Shown here: positions 51,149 to 64,000 of the stretch, one piece after another
How the letters are laid out: each line of letters starts with the position of its first letter
Numbering within the stretch: the stretch's first letter is position 1
Assembly: GCA_013265495.1 (NCBI GenBank)
Contig: MU058844.1
Coordinates: 9,630,184-9,694,183 of the forward strand
Origin: Vicugna vicugna
Taxonomy: Eukaryota
DNA length: 64,000 nt
Reading direction: 5' to 3'
Notes under the pieces: model-generated
Databases searched by the model: none
Told to the model about the DNA's origin: nothing
What the model saw: the letters and a program-made list of their open reading frames with translations, nothing else
Translations under genes and position numbers: made by a program

Positions 51149-52413
51149 GGTTGTCAGAATTGCCTATTTGACCTTTGTCTTCTGTTTTTCAATTTATTTT
51201 GTGTATGTCTTACAATTTACATAATTGGACAATCTACACTTTAAATATAAATACATGTATTAGAGTTGAATGCTCAAATATTTTTCCTGAAAGGAGTATG
51301 TATTCCAAAAAGTTTGAATGTCTCTGGTCAAGAGAAGCATCTTCCTAAGAACATTAATGCTTTAGGACATGGCGTTACAGGTTCTGTGCAGAGGCTCTAA
51401 GAAATTCTTTCTCAAACTTAACATTAGCAGAGAGCCTGTTTTCTCACACTTTTAACAACTGTGAAGCTACTTGCCTTTCCTAGTAAGTACCCTGAAAAAT
51501 ACTGTGATAGCAGATCTATATATTTACTGTGAGAAAATCTATTTTATAGCATAAAAATACCAATCCAAAGATATGATAGGAAAATCTTGTATATTATAGT
51601 TAGACAAACTTGGGTTTGAATTTTGGCTCTGACACTGATTAATAGTATAACCTTAGAATATCACTTAAATTCTTGGAACATCTGCCTCCCTATGTGTAAA
51701 GCAGAACCAGTAATATCTAGTCTGTTGATTAGTCTTCTTGGCCCTGTCTTACAAATAAAGAATTAAAATAAGGCATGTAAAGGCTCTGGTATAGTACTTG
51801 GAACTCACTAGACACACAGGGTTTTTAATTTAATTACCGTTATACTGTGTGGTTTTTCTAACAATGAAAAATATATATACTTTACAACTATTTTTGCTTC
51901 CAAATAAAAACAACAAAACAAAAAACTTCCAGTTAATATGCAGTAACAACCATTAGTACTAATATGCAAAGGGATAAATATGGACGAGTGAAATATATAG
52001 AACCTCGTAACAGTTAATATTTTAAACTTTTCCTAATTAGAACTTTTAGTGTGTTTATAAAAGACATTGATTTGATTCAGTTCTTAAGCTTCCCAAACTG
52101 GCAAAATGCTAAAGACAAACCCATTTGATACATTATCATCTCTATACCTGTCCGCACAAACAAGTTAGGACTAGTCGTCAGTAACAGTGCTGAGTGAAGG
52201 ATGACGGGCAGGTGGGCTTCGGTTCTCCTATAACCTCCATCAGCTGCCGTCCAAGACCCTGCCCTGACCCCAGGAGGGTTATAATGGAGGAAAAGATCGT
52301 GGTCTGCTGTGCAAAATACAGTTCAAGTGCACATCCACCCAGATCACTGCCGCTAAGACCCTACCACGGAGAAATCCTAGAGCTGACCCTGCTTGCAGTC
52401 TTAGGTATCTTAC

Positions 52414-52549
52414 CAGGTTTTGTACCATGCACATTCTTTCACTTCTCAGCTCAGCTACTAATCCGTATATATCCACAAAGTCATGATCATTTATGTGTTG
52501 TGTTAAGTGGTCCAGAGCAATAAAAACTCCCGTTCTTCCAACTCCAGCA
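52414..52549 (-). CDS. PTPRQ: PTPRQ exon completing HCSAGVGRT (about exon 43)
   Basis: Acceptor ccccacag, then (S)[45 protein letters not shown], then gtaaga; 136 nt. Confidence 0.97.
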
Positions 52550-53369
52550 CTGTGGGGAGAGTGAAATTACATGCAGATTATTCAGCAAAAAGGAGGTTCA
52601 GTTAATGGTGATGAAGAAAATGAACTATGATAGCAATCAATTTTAAGTTTCTTTTTGTGTTTGGTGGTAGATTTTCTTTGATGTTTCTTTGGATTTATAT
52701 TGTTCCTAAGACTTTAAATAAAGCAAGATGATATCATTAGTACTCTATCAAATATTGGAGTTTTTTTTAACCAGTTGAACTTTCACTCTTCTTTCATAAT
52801 ATTTTAAGGGGTGGAGTTGGAGAAGTATACAGAAGATTTTTAAAAATCATTGAAAATTCTTAACACCAGAAACTTCGTATTAAATATATCTTTAGTTACC
52901 AATAGAAATGCTAACCATGGAAAGTGTTAACTGTTTAGCACATATAGCATTTCCTCTGCATCATACTGATAAGACTCTTGTGTGTTCTCTTGACTTTCCC
53001 TAGATTTTTTTTTTTTTGCTTCCTATAGATAATAAAATTGGGAAGCTATTTCCTTTTCAGAAATTAGTTTAATACCAAAGGGCAGCTACGTGCTCCGTGG
53101 AAAATGTTAATTGATAAACCTGACAAGATTTACTCAGAAATTCCAATTAGACAAGACTCCTAGGTACTTAAATGGTTAATATAGAAAATAAATCTGTAAA
53201 AAAAAATGACATTCTAAAGGTTGCTTAGTCTTACAAATGTCACTTGGAAAAACCAAAAAATGCCGTTTTTATAGGTAAAGAATTGTTGGATGTCAGCAAT
53301 TCCTGTGGTTCAGCCTCAGAAATAGTGAGCAGTGAGTGTTAGAACATAAATATCTGCCCCAGCAGAGTC

Positions 53370-54090
53370 ATCGGTCATTACGTCGCTCAGACTATTTTGA
53401 GTGTCAGGCACTGTTGAGGCTCCTGGGTGTAGCAGCGAACGGTACAAAGTCCCTGAACTCACGGAGCTTCTGTTCCAGAGGAGAGAGGAGGGCGGTGCAC
53501 ACACAGATGAACATGCATAGAACATGCCTGGCAGCAGTGAGTGCTACGGAGAGAGGGAAGTCAGGTTAAGGAGACGGAGGGCGACAGGGTAGGTTAGGGC
53601 CACCAGAGAAAGCTTCTCGGACAACATAATGAAAAGAAACGTGAATAGGGTTGGGGAGCCCACCACAGGGAGGGGAGCCCTGAGGCCAGAGGGAGCGGGG
53701 AGAGAACCGATCTGAGTGGGAGTGTGTTCTGCGCGTTCACAGGAGACCAGGGTGGGGGGAGCGCAGTGGAGAGGGGGAAGGGGCAGGGGTCAGAGTATTG
53801 GCTGTGGGTCGGCCGTGGATGTGAGAGGAAGCAGAGTCGAGGACGAGTCCAGGGTTCCTGGGCCAAGCGTGGTGGACTTGCTGTTTACCAAGATGGGGAG
53901 GAGGAGGAGGAGGAGGAGTGAGTTTTGGAGATTGACTCAAGTGTTTTGTTTTGCACATGTCAAATACTCAGAATTTTGTGGTCATTTAGGTTGTCACGTT
54001 GAGCTGGAAGTTAAATGTCTGAGTCTAAAATTGAGGTGAGAAGTTGGGATTGGAGATAATAATTTAGTAGACAGTTTTAAAGTGATATTT
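53370..54090 (-). mobile_element. L2 LINE fragment, unusually GC/CpG-rich
   Basis: L2 3'-end text (gtgtcaggcactgtt...agcagcgaac...aaagtccctgaactcacggagc) continuing to ttggagataataatttag. Confidence 0.7.
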
Positions 54091-54699
54091 AAAGATGATT
54101 ATTAATGTAAGTGTACTTTTTTCTGGTCTATTATCTAAATCACAAAAGAGGAGACTACTCTTTGAGGCTACAAGAGAGAAGGTACTTTTCTTTTTGAATG
54201 GATTTTAAAATCCACTATTTTAATGCAGTGGCAGTGTCTGTGCAAAATACAGAGAAGCTGAAGGCAGTTGACTGTCCATTAAAGGTTTTAATCACCAGTG
54301 ATGCCAGCTTAAAATCAGTCACTGATGTTAGAAGCAAACTTTTATTCTATTCATACTGTCTGCTAGTTTGTTAGTGTTTTATGCATATGGAGGGGAAATG
54401 GAATTGGGAGGGTAAGAATGAGGCTTTTACTTTATGTTCTATGTGCTTTTTAAATGTAAAAAGATATCTCATAACGAGCAGACATTTATGTATTACTCTT
54501 ACAATTAAAAAATTTCAATTACTCCTGGAAAAGGTGGACTCATTTAAATTACATGTTGAGTTTTTCCCTCTAAAACTTAGATGGATTAATACTTTCTTAC
54601 ATACTTAACCACATTAAAGTATACTCCTGTTAGAAAAATTATCCATCGATTAATTGGAATTATTAATTATAAACATGGTTAAAAGATATTGTTACTTAA

Positions 54700-54985
54700 A
54701 TTTTTATTGTAGCAAAAGATACATAAAATTTACCATTTTAACCATATTTAAGTGCACACTTCAGTGGCATTAAGCACATTCAGTCTACTGCAACCATCAC
54801 CACTGTTTCCAGAACATTTTCATGATCCCAAACAGTAAACTGTAATTCTTGATTTCTTCTCTCTCAACCCCCTGGTAACCACAATTCTACGTTCTTGTAT
54901 ATTCATATATGTACATATTCATATTGCATATTCAGTTTGTAATTTACCTATTCTAGGTACCTTGTACTTGGAATCAAAAAACAGT
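54700..54985 (-). mobile_element. L1MA/MB 3'-end fragment
   Basis: acataaaatttaccattttaaccatatttaagtg...cagtggcattaagcacattc...tgcaaccatcaccac. Confidence 0.7.
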
Positions 54986-55788
54986 ATATTATCACCCACT
55001 TTTTCTCTAATTTACCAACTACAACTGTTGAAGAAACTCAAGTTGAGATCTATTTAGATAATCCTATTAGAAATAATAAATCACATCAATATATCTAGAA
55101 CTCTGAATGCTAAACAGCTGAGTTTTATTTCTATTGTAGGGGGAATATTGGTATTTCACTGGTATAAAATACCAATGAAAATAAAGAGGGCAAAAAAATC
55201 TTAATTTATAGGCATATTCTATTTATCATGTTCAAAGATCTAGGTCAAAGAAAGACATCTGAGCAGTTAAGTTTGTAAAAATTTGGAACCATGCTTGGGT
55301 TGGTCACTGAATTTGATCTTCATTTTAAAGTTCATTTTCTTTTATTTATTCTTTGAAACTCATATCTAGAAATTTGCTTTTCTAAAAAGGTTTAAAGTGT
55401 AGTAGACTAATAGCAATTGAAAAAAATAAAAGATCAGATGTTCATTCATAAAATCCTACACACCCACACATCAATGATGGGCTATAATTTTTTAAAGTCA
55501 AGTCCTTTGAGAAGTATAACTCAGTCAAGTTTTCGGGAAAATTTCTGTACCAGGATATATATTTTCCCTTGCGTTTAGACACATTCATTACTCATTTTAT
55601 TTCTGCCATCGAACCTTTTATAAAGCTACATCTTGATTTGTCATAACCAGTAAAGTATCTGAAAACTAAAAGCTGGATTGAATCTACATGAACATTCTGC
55701 CAGCACATAATCAATGGTATCGTGATAGTAGAAAGGTCACATTGAGTTTAAAGACCATTTCTAGGGTTTCTCAAAATATCTTTCTTAC

Positions 55789-55937
55789 CTGCAGTGAACA
55801 ACCATAGGTGTGGTGTCATGAGCTCTGCTTGCTCGAACCAGCTTCACAAAGTGAACTAGAGGGGCGCTGCTCTCAGGCACCCCGTGCTCGGGCCAAGCAG
55901 TGAAGTTGCACTGTCGAATGGTCACGCAGTCCCCGTG
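55789..55937 (-). CDS. PTPRQ: PTPRQ exon with WPE loop and start of the catalytic P-loop (about exon 42)
   Basis: Acceptor gtctag, then [49 protein letters not shown]+AG, then gtaaga; 149 nt. WPE in place of WPD is diagnostic of PTPRQ. Confidence 0.97.
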
Positions 55938-56766
55938 CTAGACAACGTGAGGGCGTAAAGGAGCATAATCACGTGATTTAAGTACCACAGTCAAGACTGA
56001 AGTTCCCAGCTTTCCAAGGTGATCAAAATGACTATTTACCAAACAGAAGAAACTGAGTTTTCATGATTTTCTCTAAGAGAAGCCTTCTACTGGTGCTATG
56101 ATAAAGAAGACTGTCTTTTGGTGTGAGTGGAAACCCTGAGAAGGCTTGCAAACAGATGTTAATGTAGGGTATTTATATTCAAATGTGGGGTAACATTTTG
56201 CAGCTCCAGAATAGTAGATTTTGAACAGTTCTGACCTAAGAGCTTAAATAAACACATTCACTAATTATTCAAAGCACAGGTATTGAGCATTTGATAATGT
56301 CAGAAAGTATAAAGATCCTTTTATCATTTTCTTTGTGGATAGGTGTTTGTCTAATATAAGTGGGATCCTATGCTGTCACTTCTGTACTGGTTCTGGATTA
56401 AACAGAAAATCCAATTATCAGGATGCAGATAGAGACAAGTGATTTGGGGACTTCCTGTGTTAAGTCAAATATTATAGTTTCTTCAATGATACACTTAGTG
56501 ATCTAGTTGCTTCCTGCTTTCTTCCCTTGTCTGCTGAAGACTTTGATATTAACTGGTTAATATACACTTTATGTAATTGGGAATTTTAACAGTGACATAC
56601 ATATTGAAGGCAGATGCCAATTCAAAACTTCTTTTTAGAAAATAATAGAAAAGCATTATTGAATATATAGTATCAAGGAATACTTCCAGAAATTGTCCTT
56701 TAGACATTTAGAACATTCATATTTTCTGTCATGTTTGACTTCCCCTCCTTTTTTTTTTTCTTTTAC

Positions 56767-56892
56767 CCTTTCAATTTTCAGATCTCTGATGGTCCAATCT
56801 ATCTGAACATCCTCCATTAGCTTTGTAATCACTATATCGCCGAAGACAGTGACGGGTTTGTTGTCCTCTGGCCAATACTGATGGCATCTGAT
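56767..56892 (-). CDS. PTPRQ: PTPRQ phosphatase-domain exon (about exon 41)
   Basis: Acceptor aatacag, then [42 protein letters not shown], then gtaaaa; 126 nt; CxxYWP motif. Confidence 0.97.
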
Positions 56893-57043
56893 CTGTATTC
56901 AGAGAAAATCACCAGTCATAAGAACCATTGTTTTATATATATGTCAGTATATCACAGTTATCGCTACTGAGTTAAAGCTGTCTTATAGATGTTCAAGTCA
57001 TTGATGACTCAAAGTATTAGCTGAAATCATCACATGTATATTA

Positions 57044-57226
<183 letters not shown>

Positions 57227-58489
57227 CTAGGATGATACAGTTACAGCACTGCATCAGTATTTACATATACGTGGTATTCTTTAGTTTTTGAGCAAGACAT
57301 GGAAAACATGCTGGTTGTAAGATGACAGTATTTTAAAATACTATATATTTTGAATGCTAGGTAATATTAGATACTCAAAATTTCCAACATTAATTTAACC
57401 TCACACTATGATACACTATACAACTAACTGTCCTTCAAATTTATTTCTAACTTTGAATAAAACAATGAAGGCTAAATAATAATACCACTTTATGGCTTCC
57501 AAATATGATAGGCATCTTATACTTAATGTTTCAATTAATTTGTGAATTAGTACTCTGATTATCCTACAGACGAAGATACTGATTAAGAAAAATGTGAAGT
57601 AATTTGCTCAAGGTCTCACAGTTGGTGAGACAGCCTGAGTCCAGAGCCAGCTCTCTTACTTGCTCCACTGTTACTGTCATATATTTTTGGATGTTACAGA
57701 TATATTCAAGAAATATCTTCTTTCCTCCAAGAAATTACTTATCTATGTAAACTAAGGCATTAGCATTTATTCTTCAGAGCTCCAAACCAAGAGTAATGTG
57801 GAGGTAATAAGAAGGTTCATTTAACTAATAAAGGACCTGAGATTTGTCTCAGCCCTATTATGACAGCTCTTGCACATTTTATCAAATTGTTCCAAAACTC
57901 AGTCCATTCACCTGTAATGTAAGCATTACATTAAGCCATTTGAGTAATACCTGTGGATCTGTTTTAAGAAAGGTACTGTTAGAGTAAGGAAATAGTGATC
58001 GAATTACATCTATTCCAAACATCAAAATATTTTAAGGAATGAGGATTAAAGGTGAATTTTATTTTTAAATTGGAATTGTCTCAGTAGCCAGAGAATATAG
58101 TATTACACAAGAATAATATACATTTTAAAGTTCAAGGGGCCCTAAAATCTAATCCAACCAGTTTATTTTACTTTAAAGAATAATGAGCCACTTTAGGTGA
58201 TTTTTCCAATTCACAGTGCTAGCCAGTGACAGTTTCTGGGGTAAAACCTTGAGTCTCTTACATAAGCTACATGCTAAAGCACTTCTGTGCTTCCAGTCTC
58301 AGTTGAATATTTTAATACGTAAATATTTTGCATCGTAAGGGGTTTTTAGGTTAAAAAAGTAATGTATATTCAATGTAGAATGTTTAGAAAATTCAGAAAA
58401 AAACATAAAGCAGAATATGGACTTAATCTCCCTATGTAGAATGAAGTACCATTAATGTTTCAGTCAGTTTCTTTACAGACTTTTTAAAT

Positions 58490-59665
58490 GCACATTCCTC
58501 CATTCAAATAATAATTACCAGTGCCTGCTATGTTCCAGGTGTTATTCTAGGAGCTGAGGATTCATCACTAACAAAAGACACTAACATTCTTACCCACGTT
58601 TATCTATGTTATTCTAGTTAAGGGAACTAGACACTAAGCCTATTAAATAAACAGTGTACATAGATGTTTTAAAAGTGTTAAGTGCTATGAGAGAGGGTTT
58701 TCAGAAAATAAGGTGTTCAGAAAAGACTCATTGGTGAAATCTGAGCAAAGACTTGAAGAAGAAAGGGCGTAAGCCCTTCAAGATTTGGAGGAAAAATGTT
58801 CCAGGCAGAAAGTCGAGTGTGACAGCATTAAAGGAGAGATGTGTCTGGAATGTTCTAAGAACAGCAAATGGGTGGAGTAGGAGTGAGTGAGGGGGTGACA
58901 TACAGAGCAAGGGGGGGAGGGTAACAGGGCTTTAGGTCCAAGAATAGGTAATTATAAGAATTTGGTTTTTACTCTGAATGAAATGGAAAACCATTGAAAG
59001 ATTTTGAACATATGTGGTTGAACAGTTTCACCCTGGTTTCTGTAAGACCAGCTTATAGAGGTTTAAGGAAGGGAGGATCGTTAGAAAGTTAATGCAACAG
59101 TTTGACTAAGGGTGTAGTTTGGGTGATAGCAGTGGGGATTGTGAAAGGGAATAAGATCTGGGTGTATTTTGAAGAGAGCCAAGGGAATTTGCTTATGGAT
59201 TGGATATGAGGTATAAGAAAGATAGAGGAGTCAATAATGATTCCAAATGAAGATGGGGAAGACTTCAGGATGAGCAGATCTAAAAGGAAAATCAAGAATT
59301 CATACTGGACATATTAAACTTGAAATCCCTTTTGGATATTCAAGTGGGATTATCATGAAGGCAATTGGGTATATGAACCTGGAATTGAGGAAGAATTCCA
59401 AACTTGAGATACAGTTTGAAAGTAGTCAGCAAATAGATCTTACTTAAAAATCACTAGAATGGTTGAGATTATCAAGGAAATGAATTTGGAAAGAAATAAT
59501 AAATTGATAGGATTGTGCTTTATAAAATTTCAATGTTTGGTGGCCAAGGAGATAAGAGTTAACTAATGAGACTGAGATAAAAGTGTTAAAGCTATAGATG
59601 GAAAATCCAGAGAATGGTGTCCTGGAAGCCAAATGAAGAAAGCACTTCAAGGGTGAGGACAATTG
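58490..59665 (-). mobile_element. L2 LINE fragment
   Basis: cattcaaata...gtgcctgctatgttccagg...gttttactctgaatgaaatggaaaaccattgaaag...gtgtcctggaagccaa. Confidence 0.8.
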
Positions 59666-60170
59666 ATTGCAATTGATCAGTTTATAAAATGTTTCTCCTG
59701 GTCATTTGCATTTCCCTTTTTCAGAACTCGGTGTCCTTTGGTACTATGACCTTCTATCAAAGTGGAAAAAATCTGATGTTTCAGATACTGGTATAGCTCA
59801 TTTCCATCATAGGACTAACTCTTCAATCTATAATTATGATGAAAGCTATCCTCAAAGTAATTTCAGCCATCCCAGGTTGACAGGGGAGATAATTTGGGGA
59901 CTTTGGGGCCTTCCTCTTTTCCCATTACATAATTATTATTACTAGTCTTACTGTTAGCTTCTATGGCATTATGACTTTGTTTATTTCCATCTGTTCCTGG
60001 CATCCTAAACAAAGCATTGTACTGCCCACTCCAGTACTGAAACCTGCCCTAATGTAAAGTGCTTTCCATCTGGGCCTGCTTACCATGTAGCTCAGTAATG
60101 ATTATGCACATCATAAGGGTCATAGTGACTTTGCTGTAAGATTTATTACATCACTTGACTATAGCAGAAT

Positions 60171-60191
60171 ACACACACACACACACACACA
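60171..60191. repeat. (AC)10 microsatellite
   Basis: Direct reading. Confidence 0.9.
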
Positions 60192-61470
60192 TTCAGACTT
60201 CTTAGTTTATTACTCATCCTGCATTATCTTCTCACGGTTGTCTCTTGACAACCTACAATATTTAAAGGGAACATTGGGGGTTCGTGATATTCCTTTGTGT
60301 ATGAAATCTATGTTGTTCAGTTATACCTCCTAAAACTGGTTTCCTTCCTAATCATATTCATATCCTACACTGTCATCATTCTGTAACTGATTGAACATTA
60401 TAGGGGAAGAGCTATCCATGTGTATCTACTGACTGGTAAATAAAAATGATACAAATCAGTAGATCACCAATGTAACAATTTGTTCTTGCTCTGTTCTATT
60501 GTATCACAGCTCTGCATAGTTAACCTCACTCTATATTAAAATTGAAGCCAGTGAGTGACAATGTAAGGGAATGTATCTTGTTTTTAATCTATATATTTGA
60601 GTTGTTTGGTGATAGAAACATGGCCTTAGGAGGAAATAGGTGAATCAATGCCAAAAGAGGCTAATATCTAATTATCAGTAATTTTTTCAGAAAGAGTTCC
60701 AAGGCGAATGGTGTAATTAAATAATCACAGGAGCAATTCCTACTCTGAGGTCCCATGATTGTGTCAACCCAAGCAGCCATCTTGGGTTCATCTAAGGTTT
60801 CTTTGTACCTATGATGGTGGTGGGCATTGAGAGAACCAAAGAGCCATGGACAAGGAGAGGGAGAGAGGTCCTTAAAACACTTTGGTTTTATTCAATATTC
60901 AATCCAAGGCAGCAAGCATTTATTATATATGATGTGCGACATAGTCAATTAGACATATAACACTTCACCCCATGTTGGTTCATTTCAGATATGTTTATTG
61001 AGTAGCTACCATGAGTGCACATTGTACAAGTAGCTGAGGATAGAACATGGCATCAGAGTCCTCTGATGGACTGAGACTCTAGAAGGGAAGAAGAGCATAA
61101 GAGGTTTTTGCATTGCATGGACATAACTGTCCCTTTGGTTAATTTTTCTTTGGAGGAGCGATTGGCAGACCTCATTGGGTACAGAGGCTACTGACTAACA
61201 TGAAACAGTGGAAAGACCCGGGGATATGTAGCTTGAAATTGTACATTAGCCACTTACTAATGAAATGATTGGTGTGTAAATTGCAGTCTCTGTTATGGGC
61301 CTCCATTTCCCCATCTATAAAATGGGAGTACAGAATGTTGTAAGGAACTGGTACAATTAAATCCATAGAGGTTATAATGAATTTCTTGTTTTAAATAGTT
61401 GGAAAAGTAATTATAATGGCAGTATTTATGTTTTATAAAAATATGAAATATATAAAAAATAGCAACTTAC

Positions 61471-61547
61471 AGAAACATAGCTGGCATTAATGTAATCCGA
61501 TCCTGGAATACTAGCATCAGCTATCAGCTTCACTCTGTTGTTATTAT
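61471..61547 (-). CDS. PTPRQ: PTPRQ phosphatase-domain exon (equivalent to human exon 39)
   Basis: Acceptor ttcttctag, then (Y)[25 protein letters not shown], then donor gtaagt; 77 nt; DYINA PTP motif. Upstream exons lie beyond the window. Confidence 0.95.
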
Positions 61548-61599
61548 CTAGAAGAAAATATAAGAAATTAGTGCGAATTCACTCTTCAAATTGTCATTA

Positions 61600-62900
61600 C
61601 CTTCTTACTGTAAAAGTAATACAAAGAAGTTCATGATGTAACATTGAACATTACAGATGGCTGTAAAATTTTAAGGTAGAAATTCCCTCTCATTCCATAT
61701 TGCAGTACCCAGGGACAGTGACTATTAATATGTTCTTGTATTTATTTACAGAATTTTCTATACATATTCATATAAAATTAACCACAAAGGGGGTGACATA
61801 ACACTCCATTCTGCAAAACTTTTTAACGTGTATCTTTCCATACTAGCATAAACAGTGCTATCTAGCTTAATATTTTTAAAAGCTGTATATAGTATTTCAT
61901 TGTTTGAATATAGCATACTTATTTTGCTTTTTATGATGATTAAAACTCACCTCGTTTTGTTATTATAAAATGCTGAATAAACATAAGTGGACTTTTTGCA
62001 TATACGTTGGAGTGTATTTGCAGAATACATGACCAGCAGTAAAATTCCCAAATCATATTATGCAGCTCAAATTTTGAAACATATTGCCAAACTGTCCTCA
62101 AATTTTATCAGTTTACACTCTGAACAAAAACGTTTGTACAATTCTGATTCCTCTTACTTTCACTACCACAAGATGTTATTAAACATTGTAATTTATGATC
62201 TTTTCATATACAGATTGATGTCTCATAGTATTTATTTTGATTTCCTTAAATATAAGAGAAATTGAGCTTCTTAGCTTTGTATATTGTCCATATTAAATAT
62301 CTTTTCTATTAATTGCCATTTAATATTATACTATTTTGAAAAATATTTTATACTAAAAATATGATATATGTACTGAAATTTTCTCTTGGTTTGTCATTTG
62401 TCTTTAACTCTGTTAGTCAGCTGCTAGCTATCCTGTCATATAAAATTTATATATTTTGTAATCTAATTTCTCATTTTTTATTATGGCTCCACTATGGCTT
62501 TTTGTGTCCTATATACAAAGGTCTTTGTCACACCAATATTCCTATTTTCACAAATTCATTCATAGTTTCTTCTGGATCTTTAATGGGTTATTCTTTTGTT
62601 TTAAATATTTTGATTTTTGAGCCATTTTTTTTTCTTTTTGGAAACAGAATAAGTTAAAATCTGTCTTATTGTTTGTTGCCATTTGGAACAACAAATAATC
62701 CGTCCTTTCCCTCTTGTTCAAAACACTGCTTTTAGCATACGCTAGCTTTCTCTACGTGTTTAGTTCTGTTTCTGAACCATTTATTTGCTTCCTTTAAGTT
62801 ATCTGCCTATTCTTTCTTTAATACCAAACTTCTCATTATTATTCTTTAGACTATTTTAAGGTCCAGAAAAATTAGATGCCCTCCACCTATTACTTGTCTT
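61600..62900 (-). mobile_element. Very old L1ME/HAL1-like remnant
   Basis: Degenerate L1 3' text (tagtatttcattgtttgaatata, attgccaaactgtcctc, tttacactc). Confidence 0.55.
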
Positions 62901-64000
62901 CAAAGAAAAGTGTCGATAATTATTTTTGCCTGAGGATTTTTACCAAGTTGGTATAATTGATATGTCAAGTGCTAATTTTAACTAGATAAGGAAATGACAC
63001 AAAGTATCTATTACTCCTTAATTATTTGAATTAAAAAAAGTTGTAATGAGAAAGCATTCAGTAGTGGAGGAAATGGGTGAGTGGGTTTGGGTTTTGAATT
63101 CCAGATGATCTAGCTACCATTGATAAAGGCCCTGGAGGAATTACTTAACTCCTCTGTTCCTTTGTTACCTCAGCTATAATACATAGTTATAGTACTTATT
63201 TGGTAGAATATTCTTGAGGAAAAGTTCTATGAAAGCTTATAGAACTTACAAAGCTGTGTAGAACTCAAAACATGTTCTCATGTTCTTAAAATTCAGAATG
63301 ACTTTGCAGTATCATTAGTAATTATAATGACCTAACCAATGGGTTTAAATATGGGGAATTGTTTAAGCAAATTTATGTGAATGATTTATGTCCCAAAGAT
63401 TTTGAATTTGGTATGATCTAACTACTTGAATGACATCATGGCCAGTCATGTAACTGAGGAAGGGAAGCCATCAGGTTTCTGTTCACTCGATACTCCTGCT
63501 TATAACTATCTGAGTCAACAGCAAGTGAAATTTTTCTTCATGGCGTGGAACACTTTGGAAGGTCATAGTGTCCTGTCAGATAGAGATTTGGAAATCTCTT
63601 CTGCATGCATTTGCTGCTAATTCTAGAATCTTAAAGCCCTGTAAGCGAATATCTTCTAAAATGCACTGTGATATTTGAAATCCTGCTTCCTACATTACTC
63701 GGGAAACAATGCACTTCACTTAGCTGGGCTCAAGCTAAAATTCAGACTATTAAAAGGAATTCATTCTCTACGGGAGGAAAAAACCTTTCTTTGGCTTCAT
63801 GGCTTCTCTGCAAGCACAGTGGGAGTCTATATATAGTTTAAGCATTTCATTTGCTTGTTCCCAGTGTGTGTGCGTGTGTGTAGCGAGGGTGTATTTGCCC
63901 ATAGAAGTGGATGTGAGTTTACAGCTTATCTTCCAACCCAGGTTAGGGAAGTGGGCTTATTATCTCCAGACCAGAGACCCTAAGGGCCGGTTACTGAATT

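Noticed and set aside
63335..63370. Possible next upstream PTPRQ exon (KNRFPNIKP-like)
   Set aside because: The minus-strand translation does not give the motif and lacks proper splice sites; that exon is presumably beyond 64000.

Overview
Mammalian genomic DNA, most likely a camelid (alpaca or camel), judging by a tRNA-Ala-derived SINE of the camelid Vic-1 type and the L1 3' ends. The window is the PTPRQ-MYF6(MRF4)-MYF5 locus with all three genes on the minus strand. It holds the last seven coding exons of PTPRQ (phosphatase domain with WPE loop, HCSAGVGRT motif and C-terminus ...EWEETTM), the complete 3-exon MYF6 (242 aa) and the complete 3-exon MYF5 (255 aa). All exon boundaries were read from the sequence, are GT-AG and join in frame. 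The rest is regulatory DNA (TATA/MEF2 promoters, CpG islands, the Gli site of the Myf5 epaxial enhancer, several candidate enhancer clusters) and interspersed repeats (L1, L2, MIR, MLT, an ERV1-type solo LTR, hAT MITEs, microsatellites), plus one 22-N gap. I found no new protein-coding system. The best leads are regulatory or evolutionary: paired Pumilio elements next to the miR-31 site in the MYF5 3'UTR and repeated in MYF6, an LTR carrying tandem CAGCTG E-boxes inside the myogenic regulatory domain, a MEF3/Pax-like cluster in a PTPRQ intron, and sharp local CpG/GC-gain patches suggestive of GC-biased gene conversion. Repeat family names and rodent enhancer correspondences are from recall, not from a search.
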